Source: Chlamydiales bacterium (GTDB lineage Bacteria > Chlamydiota > Chlamydiia > Chlamydiales > JACKPQ01). From it: 64,000 nt of DNA. The stretch spans positions 590,772 to 654,771 of the forward strand of contig JACKPQ010000001.1 in assembly GCA_024233435.1 (NCBI GenBank), given 5' to 3'. Position 1 is the stretch's first letter, and each line of letters starts with the position of its first letter. Positions 63,663 to 64,000 of this stretch are shown piece by piece. A model generated the notes under the pieces. The model searched no databases. It had not been told where the DNA came from and saw nothing but the letters and a program-made list of their open reading frames with translations. The position numbers and the translations under genes were made by a program.

Positions 63663-64000
63663 GTTTATATTTCCACATTCCTTTTTGCACAAAAAAGTGC
63701 CCTTACTGCCACTTTTTCGTGATGAGAAAAAATCCCGTCCATGAGCAAACTCTCATGGATGGACTCTTTCTCGAGTGGCGCTGGCGTCTGCCTATGCTCC
63801 AAGGAAAAACAATCACGTCCCTTTATTTTGGAGGAGGCACGCCCTCACAGCTAAACCCCTCTCATCTGGCATCCTTAATCGCCCTCATCAAGGAAACCCA
63901 CGCTTTAGACTGTGAAATCACCCTTGAGCTCAACCCCGACGATGCCACACCCGAGCTGCTGAGCGACTACCTTCAAATGGGCATCAACCGACTGAGCATT
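63656..64000 (+). CDS. hemW: Radical SAM heme chaperone / coproporphyrinogen-III oxidase-like protein (HemW/HemN family), 5' part; the gene runs off the right edge
   Basis: Absent from the track because it is edge-truncated. The frame opens right after a TAA (63653-63655), with TTG at 63656. Translation is LVSLYFHIPFCTKKCPYCHF...SLYFGGGTPS...ITLELNPDD. It has the CxxxCxxC radical SAM motif and the family-typical LY.HIPFC N-terminus. Confidence 0.8.
   Translation, partial: MVSLYFHIPFCTKKCPYCHFFVMRKNPVHEQTLMDGLFLEWRWRLPMLQGKTITSLYFGGGTPSQLNPSHLASLIALIKETHALDCEITLELNPDDATPELLSDYLQMGINRLSI

Overview
This window reads as chromosomal DNA from a member of the phylum Chlamydiae, most likely an environmental or amoeba-associated lineage. 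That placement is an inference from gene content: a Pkn1-type kinase fused to an FGE/SUMF1 domain, a short RodZ, a DhnA/FbaB class I aldolase, RNase HIII, gatCAB, brnQ, oppBCDF, and many orphan membrane, ankyrin and LRR proteins. By eye the GC content is moderate, with very AT-rich intergenic spacers. The housekeeping backbone comprises glmS, fbaB, oppBCDF, ispH, rodZ-pkn1, rnhC-recN, brnQ, gatCAB, an OMF-MFP-RND efflux operon, xerD, adk, an Fe-S assembly pair, lpdA-sucB-sucA and hemW. It is interrupted by small accessory islets. These hold two type II toxin-antitoxin modules (YafQ/RHH and MNT/HEPN), a truncated Rpn-like PD-(D/E)XK nuclease gene, two sets of tandem paralogous orphan genes, and several effector-like orphan proteins. 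I recognised no rRNA, tRNA, CRISPR array or transposase gene. The most unusual non-coding content is three unrelated families of long palindromic, MITE-like intergenic elements. Family A lies at 6063-6145 and 14708-14870. Family B lies at 40957-41131, with a further arm at 41825-41857 that brackets the MNT/HEPN cassette. Family C is a 306-bp element at 50636-50941 with perfect 22-bp termini and two copies of an 18-bp palindrome. A recurring near-consensus extended -10 promoter (TGTTATAAT) sits 8-9 nt from the ATG of orphan genes, which suggests leaderless transcripts. All protein calls rest on motif-level recognition of the supplied translations. No database search was run.
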